The notes under the pieces were generated by a model. The model did no database searches. It was given only the letters and a program-made list of their open reading frames with translations, and was not told the origin of the DNA. Below are positions 45,409 through 59,300 of a stretch of 64,000 bases of DNA, piece after piece. The translations under genes and the position numbers were made by a program. Source of the stretch: Mobula hypostoma (taxonomy: Eukaryota). Position 1 is the first letter of the stretch; the number at the start of each line of letters is the position of its first letter. The stretch covers positions 96,720,001 to 96,784,000 of the forward strand of contig NC_086107.1 in the NCBI RefSeq assembly GCF_963921235.1, written 5' to 3'.

Positions 45409-45840
45409 CCACAGGACCAGCGGTTGCTAAGGGAGCAGCGGTTGCCACGGGACCAGCAGCTGACAAATGAACAGCAGCTCCCATGGGGCCAACAGTTGCC
45501 GCAAGAGCAGCGGCTCTCAAGGGACCGGCAGTTACCACAAGACCAGCCGTTGCCGCGGGCCCAACGGTTGCCGCGGGAACAGCGGTTGCCACAGGTCCAG
45601 AGGTCGCCTCATGTCCAGCAGTTGGCACAAGAGCGGTGGACGCCACAGGGACAGTATCAACAGACAGATCAGCAGTTACCCAGAAAGAAGATGCAGACTG
45701 GCCCTCTGAGTTTACCATCAAAGCCACAAATAGCTTCACAGGAGGAGCCTCAGTGGATGCAGCAATTGCCACAGGAAAGTCAGGTGCATTATTCCACCTT
45801 AAATTTGGTAGCAATGGAAAAAAAGACAAAGAAAAGATGA
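45409..45840 (+). CDS. Last coding exon: Gln-rich hexapeptide repeat plus terminal ITIM
   Basis: TTAAC branch (~45372), pyrimidine tract, phase-0 acceptor at 45408 (alternative at 45414). Frame of ORF 45424-45840: about 15 x (D/E)Q(R/Q)LP(R/Q), then VHYSTL (45784-45801) and KKTKKR-stop. Confidence 0.75.
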   Translation, partial: PQDQRLLREQRLPRDQQLTNEQQLPWGQQLPQEQRLSRDRQLPQDQPLPRAQRLPREQRLPQVQRSPHVQQLAQERWTPQGQYQQTDQQLPRKKMQTGPLSLPSKPQIASQEEPQWMQQLPQESQVHYSTLNLVAMEKKTKKR

Positions 45841-46354
45841 TTTTAAACATCAACAACAGATACGTGATTCAGTACTCTATAAACTTCCTTCAGCACTTCT
45901 GTGAAGATTATTTGGTGATGTAATTTCCTTAAAATTAGGAAGATATCAGCATTTAAAAACTGACTTTCCTGGTGTTTGATCTGCAGTGCTGCACTGCGCG
46001 GGTAATGTGGCAGGATTTCCCCAGTTTTGGGTTACCACCGCTCTGTGATGCACAACAATTTCCTTATGATGTGCCTCTGACGCAGAGAAGCATTTTCAAG
46101 GTGCGAGAGGGTGGCACCGAAAATTTGTCTTTGGAGATCATTGTCTCTAAAAGTAAGATCATGAAGACTCTCTAAGGTTAAATTTGCTAATGTATTTGTG
46201 TTATCAGTAGTCCATAAGGATTTTATTGTCAGGACAATGAATGTAATTATTTTCAAGTTACAGCATACTTAATGCAAATACTGCATTGACCAATGAGTCA
46301 AAGACGAAGTGAGGATTATTATTCACATTAAATGTCCAGTTGTACAGCAAATTC

Positions 46355-46870
46355 ATAGAAACATAGAAAATAGGTGGAATAGGCCATTCAGCCCTTCGAG
46401 CCTGCACCGCCATTCAGTATGATCATGGCTGATCATCCAGCTCAGAACCCTGTACCAGCCTTCCCTCCATACCCCCTGATCCCTTTAGCCACGAGGGCCA
46501 TATCTAACTCCCTCTAAAACATAGCCAATGAACTGGCCTCAACTGTTTCCTGTGGCAGAGAATTCCACAGATGCACCACTCTCTGTGTGAAGAAGTTTTT
46601 CCTAATTTCGGTCCTAAAAGGCTTCCCCTTTATCCTCAAACTGTGACCCCTCGTTCTGGACTTCCCCAACATCGGAAACAATCTTCCTGCATCTAGCCTG
46701 TCCAATCCCTTTAGGATTTTATACGTTTCAATAAGATCCCCCCTCAATTTTCTAAATTCCAACGAGTATAAGCCTAGTCGATCCAGTCTTTCAGTATATG
46801 AAAGTCCTGCCATCCTAGGAATCAATCTGGTGAACCTTCTTTGTACTCCCTCTATGGCAAGGATGTCTTA
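46355..46870 (-). mobile_element. CR1 3' fragment closely related to the 23.9-28.4 kb element
   Basis: ORF 46514-46825 is nearly identical to the C-terminus of ORF 23967-25331; ATAGAAAC tail. Confidence 0.88.
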
Positions 46871-47099
46871 ATTCTTAATTAATTAATTAATGTCTTAATT
46901 CAGGCAATTTAGACAGTAAACTGATTACTAGCTAATTAGAATCAGGTTAGGTAGCACCAGCATATGGCTGTGAAATTTGTTAACTATGCGGCAGCAGTAC
47001 AACGCAATATATGAAAATATATTTTGTTAAAAACTGAATTGCAGTAATTGTATATATATGTTATTAAATAGGTAAATTAAGATAAGTAGTGCAAAAACA

Positions 47100-47620
47100 G
47101 AAATAAAAATTTAAAAAAAGTAGTGAGGTCGTGTTCATGGGTTCAATGTCCATTTAGGAGTCGGATGGCAGAGGGGAAGAAGCTGTTCCTGAATTGCTGA
47201 GTGTGTGGCTTAAGGCCCCTGTACCTCCTTCCTGATGGTAACAGTGAGAAGAGGTGGTGGTCCAGGGTGGTGGGGGTCTTAGTGATGGACACCCCTTTTC
47301 AGAGGCCCCGCTCCTTGAACATGTCTTGGACACAACGGAGGCTGGTACTCATGATGGAGTTGACTAATTTTACAAATTTCTGCAGCTTACTTCGATCCTG
47401 TACAGTGGCCCCCCACCCCGTCCCATACCAGACGGTGATGCAGCCAGTCAGAATGCTCTCCACGGTACGTCGGTAGAAGTTTTTGAGTGATTTAGGGATA
47501 AACCAAATCTCTTCAAACTCCTAATGAAATATAGCCGCTGTCTTGCCTTCCTTATAGCTGCATCAATATGTTGGGACCAAGTTAGGTCCTCAGAGGTATT
47601 GATGTTCAGGAACTTGAGCA
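47100..47620 (-). mobile_element. Rex1-type 3' fragment
   Basis: [31 protein letters not shown], shared with the 2-4.4 kb element. Confidence 0.75.
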
Positions 47621-47744
47621 GGGGAAACAACCTACAGCAACATCTCCTCGTAAAGGCTGGGTCATTTCTCCTGAAAAAATGCAGTGAGTGGAGGGTAGTT
47701 ATATTTAAATTATATGCACAAGATATTGGTGACCTAGTCACTGA

Positions 47745-48047
47745 CGTCGTTGGTGTATGGCCAAGTGATTAAGGCATTCGTCTAGTGATTTGAAGGTCGC
47801 TAGTTCGAGCCTTGGCTGAGGCAGCGTGTTGTGTCCTTGAGCAAGGCACTTAACCACACATTGCTCTGCGAGAACACCGGTGCCAAGCTGTATGGGTCCT
47901 AATGCCCTTCCCTTGGACAACATCGGTGGCGTGGAGAGGGGAGACTTGCAGCATGGGCAACTGCTGGTCTTCCATACAACCTTGCCCAGGCCTGCGCCCT
48001 GGAAACCTTCCAAGGCGCAAATCCATGGTCTCACGAGACTAATGGAT
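47745..48047 (+). mobile_element. tRNA-derived SINE (second family)
   Basis: TGGCCAAGTGATTAAGGC A-box, AGTTCGAGCC B-box and TGTCCTTGAGCAAGGCACTT core. Confidence 0.7.
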
Positions 48048-51000
48048 ATAATCAGAAAATGCAGCCTGTGGTCATCAAAAGTGCTTTAAACAGTTGAATT
48101 TCCCCCAGACACAAACACCAGATCATTCCTAAAATCAAAACGAGCCAAGAGGAACATTGCATGGAAAATGTGGATCAAGTTTTTCCTTGAAAAATGCACT
48201 TGCTTTGTGTTTGTGGACAATGTCCTGTGAGTTAGGAGCTCGGACGTACTAGACACGAGGAGCCAATGATGTTCCCAACCTTGTGCTTATGGCAGAGAAA
48301 ATAAGTTGTCTGAGTCTCAGTAGGAATGTCACGTCCCACCTTCAAGTACAAATTGAATCAGGTATGCATTGACTATTAACCAGCACAGTGTAATAACCAT
48401 GTGGGTGTCCTACTTAAATCTAAATGGCGCAAATACCATAAATGAAGATCGCATTCAATGCCATTCAGACTTATTGGGAAGAAAGAGTACTGTTAAATGG
48501 AGAATGAAGGAATGAGACTCTGATGGTACAGATTGCTGGGAAAAGGTTAAATGCAGAATCAACTTAGTTAGAGCAAAGTGCTCCAAGTAGAATTCCTATA
48601 TAATGTGTAAAATACTGCAGGACAAAATTTATAATGTGTAAATATCAGTGTCCTACAAGTTTGGTTCAGTGATGAAAATCTTACTAATTTATTTTCACTA
48701 ACTAAAATGTATCCTCTTGTGTTTGTTAATTTCACTGAACTCTCCCCTCTTTCACCTGACATTTTATTGAAAAATAATAATTCAATGTAACTGCTCTATT
48801 GTATTTAGTTGCCTGAAATTCAATTCAAAGTAATAACCTGGTGACATTTACAGCTGCATCAAATGGCTCAGACAGGAAAAAGAGAAAAAAGAGCTGAACA
48901 CTGGTGCCTTGGCCTGCAGTGGAGGGCAATGTGAAACTGTTACATCAGATTTCTGTTAGTTATGGGAGTGGAGGTTTACCTTCAAAGGACGATCTCTCAC
49001 CACAAAAGCACTGCTGCCAGGAACAGATGTGAACCAAGTCCATCACCAGAAGTGGTGTCTGATTAGATTGTCAGCAGACTATGATGAGTTTACACAAGGT
49101 TCAAATGGAGAGAGAGGTGGTGACAGGGTACTTTAAAATTACTGCAATCTCTTAACCTCAAGGAACTTCATCACAGAGTAAGGAATTCCAGTTCTCGTTA
49201 CCATTTGCTGGAAATCCCCAGACAAGATTTCGACACAGCGGAGGCACAGGTAATTCAGTTGTCAGCTTATTGTAGATGCAGGTCAGCAGGGAATGACACC
49301 CATTTTACAGATGCTTCAGAATTGCCAATTATTTCGACCAAAGCAAACCACATCCTGTAGATGATTTTGTGGCAGTTTATTTGTGTTATTTTATTGCAGA
49401 AAGTCAATAGATCTTAAACAATATCTGGACAATCCACTCTACCACCGACAGCACAAGAAGTACTTGTGTCCACATTGAAAACACATCCATGATAAATGCA
49501 TCATTTTGTTTTACAAATAAGAATAAACAGGGACATACAACAACTGTACAACATTTCTTATTTCATATACTAAGTATCTTTCGGAAATACTCAGAACACA
49601 AGCTTGGCAAATGTGATATTTCAATATCTAGAGAGAACATCAATGATGGTCAACAATATTAAATCAGGAGCACAATGTAACAGGGAAGGGGATTTCAGTT
49701 ATGGCAGGGCTAGAGAATTAGACACACTAACCTGGTTCTGTTGAGGAGACAGGCAGTGTCTGACGTAAACATGAGATTTGCCCTTGGCCCCTCGCTGCCT
49801 TACTTCACTTTTGGCCCATTCTCAATAGGATTCTGGTCTCTAGATAATTCTGAGAGTGCCCAGGATCCCAGTTACCTCCCATTCAATCCCATTTGTACAG
49901 GAAACAGGATTGGGTTAGGTTCCATAATGCTAGTGTTACAAAGCTCCTAATTGGGAGGTCTGGGTACTGGCCCCAGAGCATGAGTTGAAATCCCACCGCG
50001 ACAATCAGAAAATGTAAATTCAGTTACTTAATTAAATAAATTCAGAGTGTAGAGCTAAGGTCAGTAAGGGAGCATTAATCTATTAGATTGTTGTAAAACC
50101 CCATTAGTTCACTGACATCCTTTACAGAGGGACAGCTGCTCCCATGTTAACTAGGTGGGTGACCCTGTCATCTGTAATTGTTGTCCTAGCAACACACTCA
50201 GTTTTAGGGATAGTTAGAGATGGGGAACAGAATGCTAGTCTTGTGATGATGTTGACACCTTGGAATGAATAAAAAAAGTTTGCAGATATATTTCTGGTTA
50301 ATGTCTGTGGCTTTTCCGTAAATCAGCTCAGGAACAAGGGTTCATTAACTACTATGTCTGACGGGAATGGGTTGAATTTTGTCTGTGATAAATTTTCTGA
50401 TGATTTATGGGAGAGGGTCACTCTCCACCGATTACTGCCATGAGAGGACATGTTTTCTTGTCCCAATGGACTGGTGAAATGGAATATTGAAAGTGAGAGG
50501 CTACTGAGGTCAGTGGCTCCTGGGCAGAATTCCTGTGAGAAACTGACGAGGTCAGAGGTTCCACTGCAGAATTCTCAAATGACCTCCCTTGAGGATGAGA
50601 GCAATCAGTTCTCGATGTTTCCTGGCCATTCTGAATGGTTGCATCCACTCAAGACTAATATTGATATATTTTTGGACACGGAAAGAATCTTGAGACATAG
50701 GGATCAGGCAAGGAAGTGCACCAGAATACTGGTTTGGCTGAAATCTCATTGAGTGACTGCAGGATTCATCAGGCTCCAATCCCCTATTCCTGCTCTTATT
50801 TCACAGTCTTAAAACTGGCCATACTCCAAATGAAACTAGAGGTCTCTCCCAACCCGTTTGTGGTTAGTTGAGATGACCAGGACCTAGCAGATTGTACTCG
50901 ACATAACTAACACTTTTAATTACTACTGGTAATGGTAAACTATTTGAATATGTGAAGAATAATCTATTACTAACTCACCACTGTTTACTTTAATGAAAAT

Positions 51001-53599
51001 ACACATCTAATCGCTTTATAATTTGTGATCCCCATCTTTACCAGACCCACCTCTGGTCAGTCATTGATTGTACAATTAGAAGCTATAATAAAGCATCTCA
51101 TCAGAACCCAAGGATTGAAGACAAGGAGAGCTCATACAACTGGTTTCAAGAACTCAGACAGATCTGAAGATCGGAAGACACAGGTCCCATGTGTGTTAGG
51201 GACCTTTTACTGTTTGTAATTTAAAGTCTACCATGTTGCCATCCATCAGCAGACCCTAGTGTGGGTGTCCGAAGACAAGATTCGTAAAAGTGAACTCAAG
51301 TAGATGAGTACAAACATTGGGAACGTTGAGTTCATGAAATCTGAATTAAAACAAAAGTAACTGAAGGCCCAGCCTTGTGACAAAAATACCCACCAGAATA
51401 AATGTCACATGGAGGACTCCCTATCAGTCAAATAGTGCTGCTCCACCCGAAGACATTTCGTACTAACCCCAAATGTATTTTGGCCTTGCTAAACACTTTT
51501 TAACAACATTTTTCACCAACCTTTAGTACCAAACTCAAACCTCACCCAAGGAAATCTTGTACCAAACTTAAACACAGTTTACAATAGCCTCAACCTTTGG
51601 AGTGTCAAGTTTAAAGCCAGACCCCATACAGTATGTACAAAGCGCGGCCTTCATAATTAGTCTCACAATTATATCATTTAATACTATCTTAATGTTACAG
51701 TCCCACTTTCATTTACTATGACCTTCTCCTCCTTATAACAATGTCCTACCTCATGATCTAATCAAATCTGGACTTCTCTTTCAAACTCACTTCATCTCTT
51801 CTCCTTTCTAAGACTTTTCTTAAAATCCATCACATTGATCACACTTTAGTCATCCTTTCCAATATCTCTTTCAATAGCTTTGTATAAACTTTACCCTGAA
51901 TGATACTGACGTAAACCTATTCAAAGTGGAGATCACACTTCATAAATGTAGGGCCAGGCCCTTTCTCCTTTGAACAATGGTTGTTGCCTTCCCACTTATA
52001 CATATCAGGTTTTGTATATCATAACATAATCCCACGCCTACATTTGTCCACCTCACCAAGCCTTGCCACATAGTCACACAAATATCCCAATTGTCAAAGA
52101 CCCATAGAGTTGACAAGATGGAAACAGCCCATCGACCCAGCTCATCCAAACTGACCAAGATGTCATACTGTGCTAGTTCCCGATGCCTGCATTTGGCCTC
52201 TATCTCACTAGGCTCTTTCTATCTATGTACCTGTCTAAATATCTTTTAAATATTGAATTGTGCCCATCTCTACAGCTCCCTCTGGCAACGCACTCCATAT
52301 ACCTACCACCCTCTGCATGAAAAATTTTCCCCTCAGCTCTCTTTCAAATCTTCCCACTCTCACCTTAAATCTAGTTTCAGTCTCCTCTGTACTGTGACCA
52401 TCCACCTTGTCTGTGCCCCTCACTACTTTACACGTCTCTATAATGCAAACCTTTAGCCTCCTTCACTCTAGGGATAAAAAGTCACAGCTTATCCACACTT
52501 CCAGTGTAACTCAAGCTGTCCAGTCCCAGTAAGATCCTCATGAATCATTCCTGCATCCTTTCCAGCTTAATGACATTCTTCTCATAACTTGGTGACTTTC
52601 CACTTGGCTATTACTCCGTTCCACTACTGAACCACTTACCCCCCACGTCCTCCTCTCTCAGTACTTCCCAATTCAAACACGGTGTTAACTATCATCTGTT
52701 GGGTTTTCCTTCATGATTTTAATTTTGAATATGACCTTGACTTTTTAAACTGTCTGGGAGGGAAATCAAATCAAATACTTCCATCCAATTTTCTGATTTA
52801 TTATCTCAAAAAAAACCAAACAAAGCAGGGACATTAAAGTGCAATGAGGCAGTGTTGGAGTAAGTGATATGGGTGAAGGTCAAGTTTCTACAGCAGCACA
52901 ATTGTGTACATTTCCAGTCACCAAGTTGTAGGAAGAAGGTCATTAAGCAGAAAAGAATGCGGGATATATTCACGAGAGGGTTACTGTGACCTAAAGCAGC
53001 AACTTCCTTAACCTAAAATTTTAATTTTGGCAAAAGGGCGGATATGTGCTATAACTTCACCACTCTGAATTATGCCCATTTAAGGATCTAATAATTAATG
53101 TTTGCATTAATAAACTGACACTAATGTAAAAAAGCTTCACAGAGACACAAGGAAAATCAGAATAGAAGCTAAAGGGAGAATTAGGAGGGGATGAGAAGCT
53201 TGGTTATGGATGGAGCTTGAAGGATTGGTTTACAAAGTGGGAAGGGGTGGAAGATGAGGGAATGGACATCCGTTGCTGCTAATGGCACAGCAGTAGGGGC
53301 TCAGGAGACGCCAATGAATGGAGGAGGATACTGGTGTATAACTAAGTAAAATTTCTCCCTCTGACCTCAGCGTGTGAGTTGATTATAGACCATGGTGTGA
53401 CATGTTATCCGGAAAGCTGAAGGAGCAGAATATCTCAATGGAAGATTTGTGATTAAAAGGAAACTGTAACTTACACAATACTGGAAGCACAGCGGAGAAC
53501 CAAAAGCAAAACACCAGAAATCAGAAATAAAATTTGAGAATGGTGGAAATATCGGAAGTACAATTATGAAGAAAGCACAGTAGCACCTCTACCTCTTTA

Positions 53600-54235
53600 C
53601 AAGTTTGCAAAGATTCTGCATGACAGCTAAAACTTTGACAAATCTCTATAGATGTGTGGTGGAGAGTATATTGACTGGCTTCATCACAGCCTGGTATTGA
53701 AATACTAATGCCCTTGAATGGAAAATCCTACAAAAAGTAGTGGATACAGCCCAGTCCTCCCCTACACTGAGCACATCTGCATTAAGCACTGTCGCTGGAA
53801 AGCAGCATCCATCATCAGGGACCCCCACCACCCAGGACATGCTCTCTTCTCACTGCCGCCATCAGGAAGGTGGTACAGGAGCCTCAGGACTCTCACCACC
53901 AGGTTCAGGAACAGTTACTAGCCCTCAATCTTCAGGCTTTTGAACCAAAGGGAAATAACTTCACTCATCCTATCATTGAAATGCTCCCTCAGCCTATGGA
54001 CCCATTTTCAAGGATTCCTCATCTCATGTTCTCGATATTTATTGCTGTTTTTTGTATTTGGACAGTTTGTTGTCTTTTGTACACTGGTTGAACAACCACA
54101 CTAGTGTGGCCTCTCATTGATCGTTATAATTATTATTCCATTATGGATTTATTGGATATGCCTGCAAGAAAATGAACCTCAGGGTTGTATATGGTGACAT
54201 ATATGCGCTTTAATAAAAAATTTACTTTGAACTTT
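53600..54235 (+). mobile_element. Rex1-type 3' fragment
   Basis: AASIIRDPHHPGHALFSLPPSGRWYRSLRT..TRFRNSY and TTGAAC-type tail. Confidence 0.75.
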
Positions 54236-54248
54236 AAAGTATTTAGCC

Positions 54249-54476
54249 CAGTGATCCCCAACCACCGGGCTGCAAAGCATGTGCTACCGGGATGCTAGGA
54301 AACAATATGATTTGGCGATATGAAACGATATGAGTCAGCTACACCTTTCCTCATTCGCTGTCACGCACTGTTGAACCTGAACACCACCCACCTCCCCCCG
54401 ACCCCCGTCAGCCGGTCCGCAAGAATATCGTCAGTATTAAACCGGTCCGCAGTGCAAAAAAGGTTGGGGACCCCTG
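54249..54476. mobile_element. hAT (Charlie/MER1-like) non-autonomous element
   Basis: Ends CAGTGATCCCCAACC / GGTTGGGGACCCCTG. Confidence 0.65.
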
Positions 54477-56290
54477 ATTTAACTTGTTAGTCGCTATGAA
54501 GACATATGTAGAATTAATTTGTTATGGGGTCTGCAAGACCAAACAGATGTATTCGATCTATCAAATCTGTGTTGACCACCCATTTACACTGGTGCTAATC
54601 TAATGCAATTTTACACTTTGCACTGCCCCATCAACTCCATCCAGACTTGACCACATTCTAGGGCTAATTAACCTACCAGCCAACACATTGTACGGTCACA
54701 GTGAGAAAATGTACACTCTAGGGCCAGTTAACCTACCAGCCCACATACTGTACAGTCACAGAGAGAACGTGTGCACCCTGCATCAGAGGTCAGGATTGAA
54801 CTCGGATTGTACTGTATTTGTCTTACCCAACGACCTCCCACTTGAACATAAGTCTCATTCATTAGTGCCACTCAGCACGTTTCTTCCAGTCCCGTCTATA
54901 AAGAAATGCTTCTCAACATGGAGATGCCTTACCCAGGTTGGCATTCAATAGATGGGAAGCTCTTTGTTCCAACATTATGATTCCATAAAATCTGAAGAGC
55001 TCCTCAACCCACTTTGCACGGCCCAGGACAGTCTATATTATCAGAGGGCACTTTAAGAACAACTTGTCTTCCCGACACCTGACGACACCCCAAGGCCAGT
55101 TCAAGCCTCTGTACCTCTCTTCTGAAACTGCTGCTCTTTGATCCTTCCTAAACCTTGGACCATTTCCTCTACAAATCACTCAACAGGTAGAATGTCCTTC
55201 CTGTGGAAGTCACTTCTCCTGTCTCGAGGTGACACTAATGATACCTCCCAAGAAGATATCTGCTCCTCATTCAGCACCTTTGGACCCGATCCTAACTACA
55301 CTAAAACTATTAAATAAACATTGAGAAGTCTTAAGAAGAACCTGCCAGAAATTTTAGGGGCACTGAGTAAATGACAGGGGGCTTAGGCACATTGACGTAG
55401 GGAGAGACCTTGGGGTGCAGGTCTATAACTCCCTGAAAGTTGTGATACGTGGATGGGATTGAGAAAAAGGGATGTGCTATACTTACCTTCATGGCCAAGG
55501 CATTGAGTGTAAGAGTTGGCATGTCATAATGCAGTTGTAGAAAACATTGGTTAGTTGCACTTTTAATTCAAAGTTCAAAGTAAATTTTATTAATAAAGAA
55601 CACGGTTTCATTTACTTGTGGGCATACTCAATAAACCTATAGAATAATGGTCCACAGAACGTTGCTGAGGGCTGTGTGGGATATTGCGCTGAGTATTGTA
55701 TACAGTTCTGGTGGCCACTCTACAGGAAGGATGTGGTGGAAATAGGGTGCAGAAGAGATTCACCAGGATGTCGTGTGAAATGAAGGGACGGTCGTTATTC
55801 GGAGAGATTGGATAAACTGGGTTTATTTTTATTAGAGTGTAGGAGATCAAGGGTCGCCCTTAAAGAGGGTTATAACATTATGAGGGAAAAGATAATTAAT
55901 TAAAATCCTTTTCTGAAGTCATGGGATTCTAGAACTAGAGGACATAGGTTTAAGGAGAGAAGCTCTGAAGGGCAGATCTCTCCCCACAGAGGGTGGCAAA
56001 TATCTGAAATGAGCTGCCAGAGGAGATTGGGGGGGGGGGGGGGAAGACAGATTCACTAACAATGTTTAAAGACATTTGGCCAGGTAGTTGGATAGGGAAG
56101 GAGTAGAGGGATATGGGACTAGTGTGGGCAAATGGAAACTAGTGTCGATAGGCATCACGGATGGCATGGACAAGTTGGGCTGAAGGGTCTGTTTCTGTGC
56201 TATAACTTTCTAAGATTCTGTGATAAACAATTTCTGGATAAACAACTCCAAACCCAAAACTTTTTCAACAAGTAAGACTACAGCCTAGAG

Positions 56291-56371
56291 CAGGGGTTCC
56301 CAACCTGGGGTCCACAGACGGCTTGGTTAACAGTAGGGGTCCATGGCATAAAAAAATGTTGGGAACCCCTG
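56291..56371. mobile_element. 81-bp hAT MITE
   Basis: TIR CAGGGGTTCCCAAC / GTTGGGAACCCCTG and perfect 8-bp TSD GCCTAGAG. Confidence 0.88.
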
Positions 56372-59300
56372 GCCTAGAGGACGGAAGTTGGAAACTGGGT
56401 AGAGCACCCTACAATATCAGAGACTTTATAGAGTTGGAGAATCTGAAGTGATTGAGGCAAATAGTGTAAGTGCATTATAGGAAAGCTGGATTAGTCCATG
56501 AAGCAGAATGTAATCTGGAGGCTGTTGATAGGATGAGATGGAGTTGGGTATCAGGAGGCAGCATATGAAACTAAATAACTTGGTTAGACCAAACGTTTGT
56601 GAGCTTCACTGCGATTTGTGATGAACTGAGACTAAGGCTATGGACCTACTCTGAGCTTCGTGTGTATGGACTCAATTTTGTTCTGAATTTAATGCTTGCT
56701 TTATTGTTTGCATGATTTTTTTTTTCTTTCTCTCTGCACAATGGGTGTTGGTCTTTTTTAAAATTGGGTTCTTTCGGGTTTCTTGTTTTGTGGCTGCCTG
56801 TAAGCAGATGAACCTCAAGGTTGTATAACTTATACATACTTTGATAATAAATCTACTTGAAACTTCGATGTTTTAATTCAGAGGTTCCTGACCTGGGGTC
56901 CACGGACCCCTTGCTTGATGGCATTGGTCCACAGCATGGAAAAGGTTGGGAATCTCTGTTGTAATTCAACCTCTTGTAATATTTAATAACCCACAAGTAC
57001 AACATCTAAAGAAAAACTTTTCCTTAGCTTGTCTCACTCATCAAGTAATTTGCAGATAAAGTGCAGTGTAATAAATGTAATCAGTCTAAATATATCGATC
57101 AATTCTTTACCACAATCACTAACACATAATTTAGAATAAACTTTTTATCAATACAGAATCTAATGTCTAATATTGGCCTAACATACAGTTTCAGCAGGGG
57201 GACATTCAGATGATTTCTACCACCCTTGGCACTATCAAACACTCTTTCAGCATGGTTGGAGCACACCCAAGTGAGCCCCATTTCTGAAGTCAGATAGGAC
57301 TGAAACAGGCTCTTTGGCTCACCAAATCAATGCTGATAATCAAACACCCATTCACACCAATTCCATGATATTCTCCCCACATTCCCATTAACTCCCCTCA
57401 TATTTTACCACCCACCAACTCACGGGTAAGTGTACAGTGGCCAATTAACCTACAAACATTGCTGTTGTTGGAGGATTGTGTTCTCCAAAGCCCAGTGACA
57501 GTTGTTACAAACCTAGCTCATTTTGAACAATGCAGGTAGTGGGAAGATCTGATAAAGAACAGACCCTTCCTTCTACGTGTGTGGTTGTCTAAGTGGCATA
57601 CGATTCATCAAGGCCTCTGTTATCTCTCTACCCTCTGCACAATGTCATCAATCTCCCAAACATTTGTGGAACTTAACTAGAAAATTCCCAATACTTGATT
57701 CACTTCTAGTGAAGGTTCACTAGATGAAAGATTGGAATGGGAATATTGGAAATGGTATTGATCTCAATCAAGAGTCATGTGACTCTCCCTCCCTCTCAGA
57801 ATCCAGTGCCTGCAACACACCCTCCCACGTACTTGAAACAGAACTATTTGTTTCCAGACAAGTCTTGAGACAAATTGTTAACTGCTGCTGAAATCAGAAT
57901 GCTTGCTCCTGCTCCCACCTGGATATCCCAGGTTCTGAGTCAATGCAACAAACTATCCAAGGTCCAATCCTCAATCTTCACTGGGTTTTTGCAGCCTACA
58001 CTAACTATACTTCAGCTGGAAATCAAGAAGGCATGGAGTCACAGATCCCTGTACAGATATGAGCCTGTGTGGGAGATTGTATAGGACATTAGATTCAGAT
58101 GAAACTGTGATATTTCAAGTCCACTGGGGTGAAGATTGGGAAGAAAAATCAACATGGAAAAACACCTTCAAGGGAAGTACAGAGAAATTAGGAAAAATTG
58201 GCAACTCTCTGGCCCCAAGGCACAGGACTTGTGGCCACTGTATTATGGACAAATGCACTTGGAAAGAATAAAAGAAACATGACACTTATTCACACCACTC
58301 TATATACACATCACTCACAAGTGCTAATTGACTAGATTTAACCTACAGATGTTGCTAAGAATGTTCCAGAACATGCAGCACAGTGAACAGCAAACTGAGT
58401 GGAGACAGTAGGGGTGGACACTGCCAAGAAGGAAGCAGTGATCTGGATTGGCGGTGGAGAGGGGTTGGAGTTGGCGAGGGAGTGGTTGATGTGGCAGGGA
58501 TTGGGGAGAGGGAAGGGGGGCGTTTGACGCAGCAGGGATTGGGATAGGGGTTCATGTGGTAGGGGGTTACAGTTTGGAGGTTGTGGGGCAGGCACTGCGG
58601 GTAAAGTGTTGGCATTGCGGGAGAGGCTGGAGGTTTTGAGGAATGGAGAGGATAAGAGTACTGAAGGTGTTGTGGAAGGGGGTTTGATGGAGTGTAGGGC
58701 TTGGTGACAGGTGTGGGAGACGGAGCCTGGACATTCAGAGGGGATGGGAGAGTTACAGGAGCTGGAGGCGTTGTGGCAGTATGGGATGCTGGGGTTTGTC
58801 AGTAGGTGCCAGGCGTACAGGAGCTGAAGATGCCTATGGTAGAAACACACCCCTCCCCACTGTATGGTCTGGCAAACACACTGTTTACTTGATCACACTG
58901 GTGCCTCCAGTTAAATTGCCACAAGCCACAGAGAAATGCTGGAGGCTGTTGGAAGGATGCTCCCCATCTGTTGTAGTCTTCCCTTCATGGGGAGCTGGGA
59001 CCTCCCACTACCACTCAGCCTTCTTTTCCTTCGAGCAGATGGGAGACCTACCACGGAAACCCTACCATGCCACGTCCTGCTTTGCAAGCACCAATACACA
59101 AGATCCACTCCTTAGCTGCAGCAGGTTTACACCGATGAACATTGAGTACTCTCCCTGCTTCACTCTTGTGCTGGTTTGGTGAGCACAGCGAGGAACCAAA
59201 TCTTTCTCAGGATGAATCCTGCTTCACTGTGAAAACGGGTGTCAGTATACTTTCTGGGTAGTTTCAGAAGGAGCTAAATTGGTGGTGGGGTATTTGTCTC

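Noticed and set aside
45281-45923. Ala/Thr/Pro-rich ORFs 45281-45856 (-) and 45483-45923 (+)
   Set aside because: These are shadow frames of the same 18-bp repeat. The frame ending in the ITIM fits the exon chain, although the - frame does have a good acceptor near 45800 and cannot be fully excluded.
58338-59182. Pro/Ser-rich ORFs downstream of SEPTIN3
   Set aside because: Low-complexity G-rich sequence with no family motifs and no WBP2NL similarity seen.
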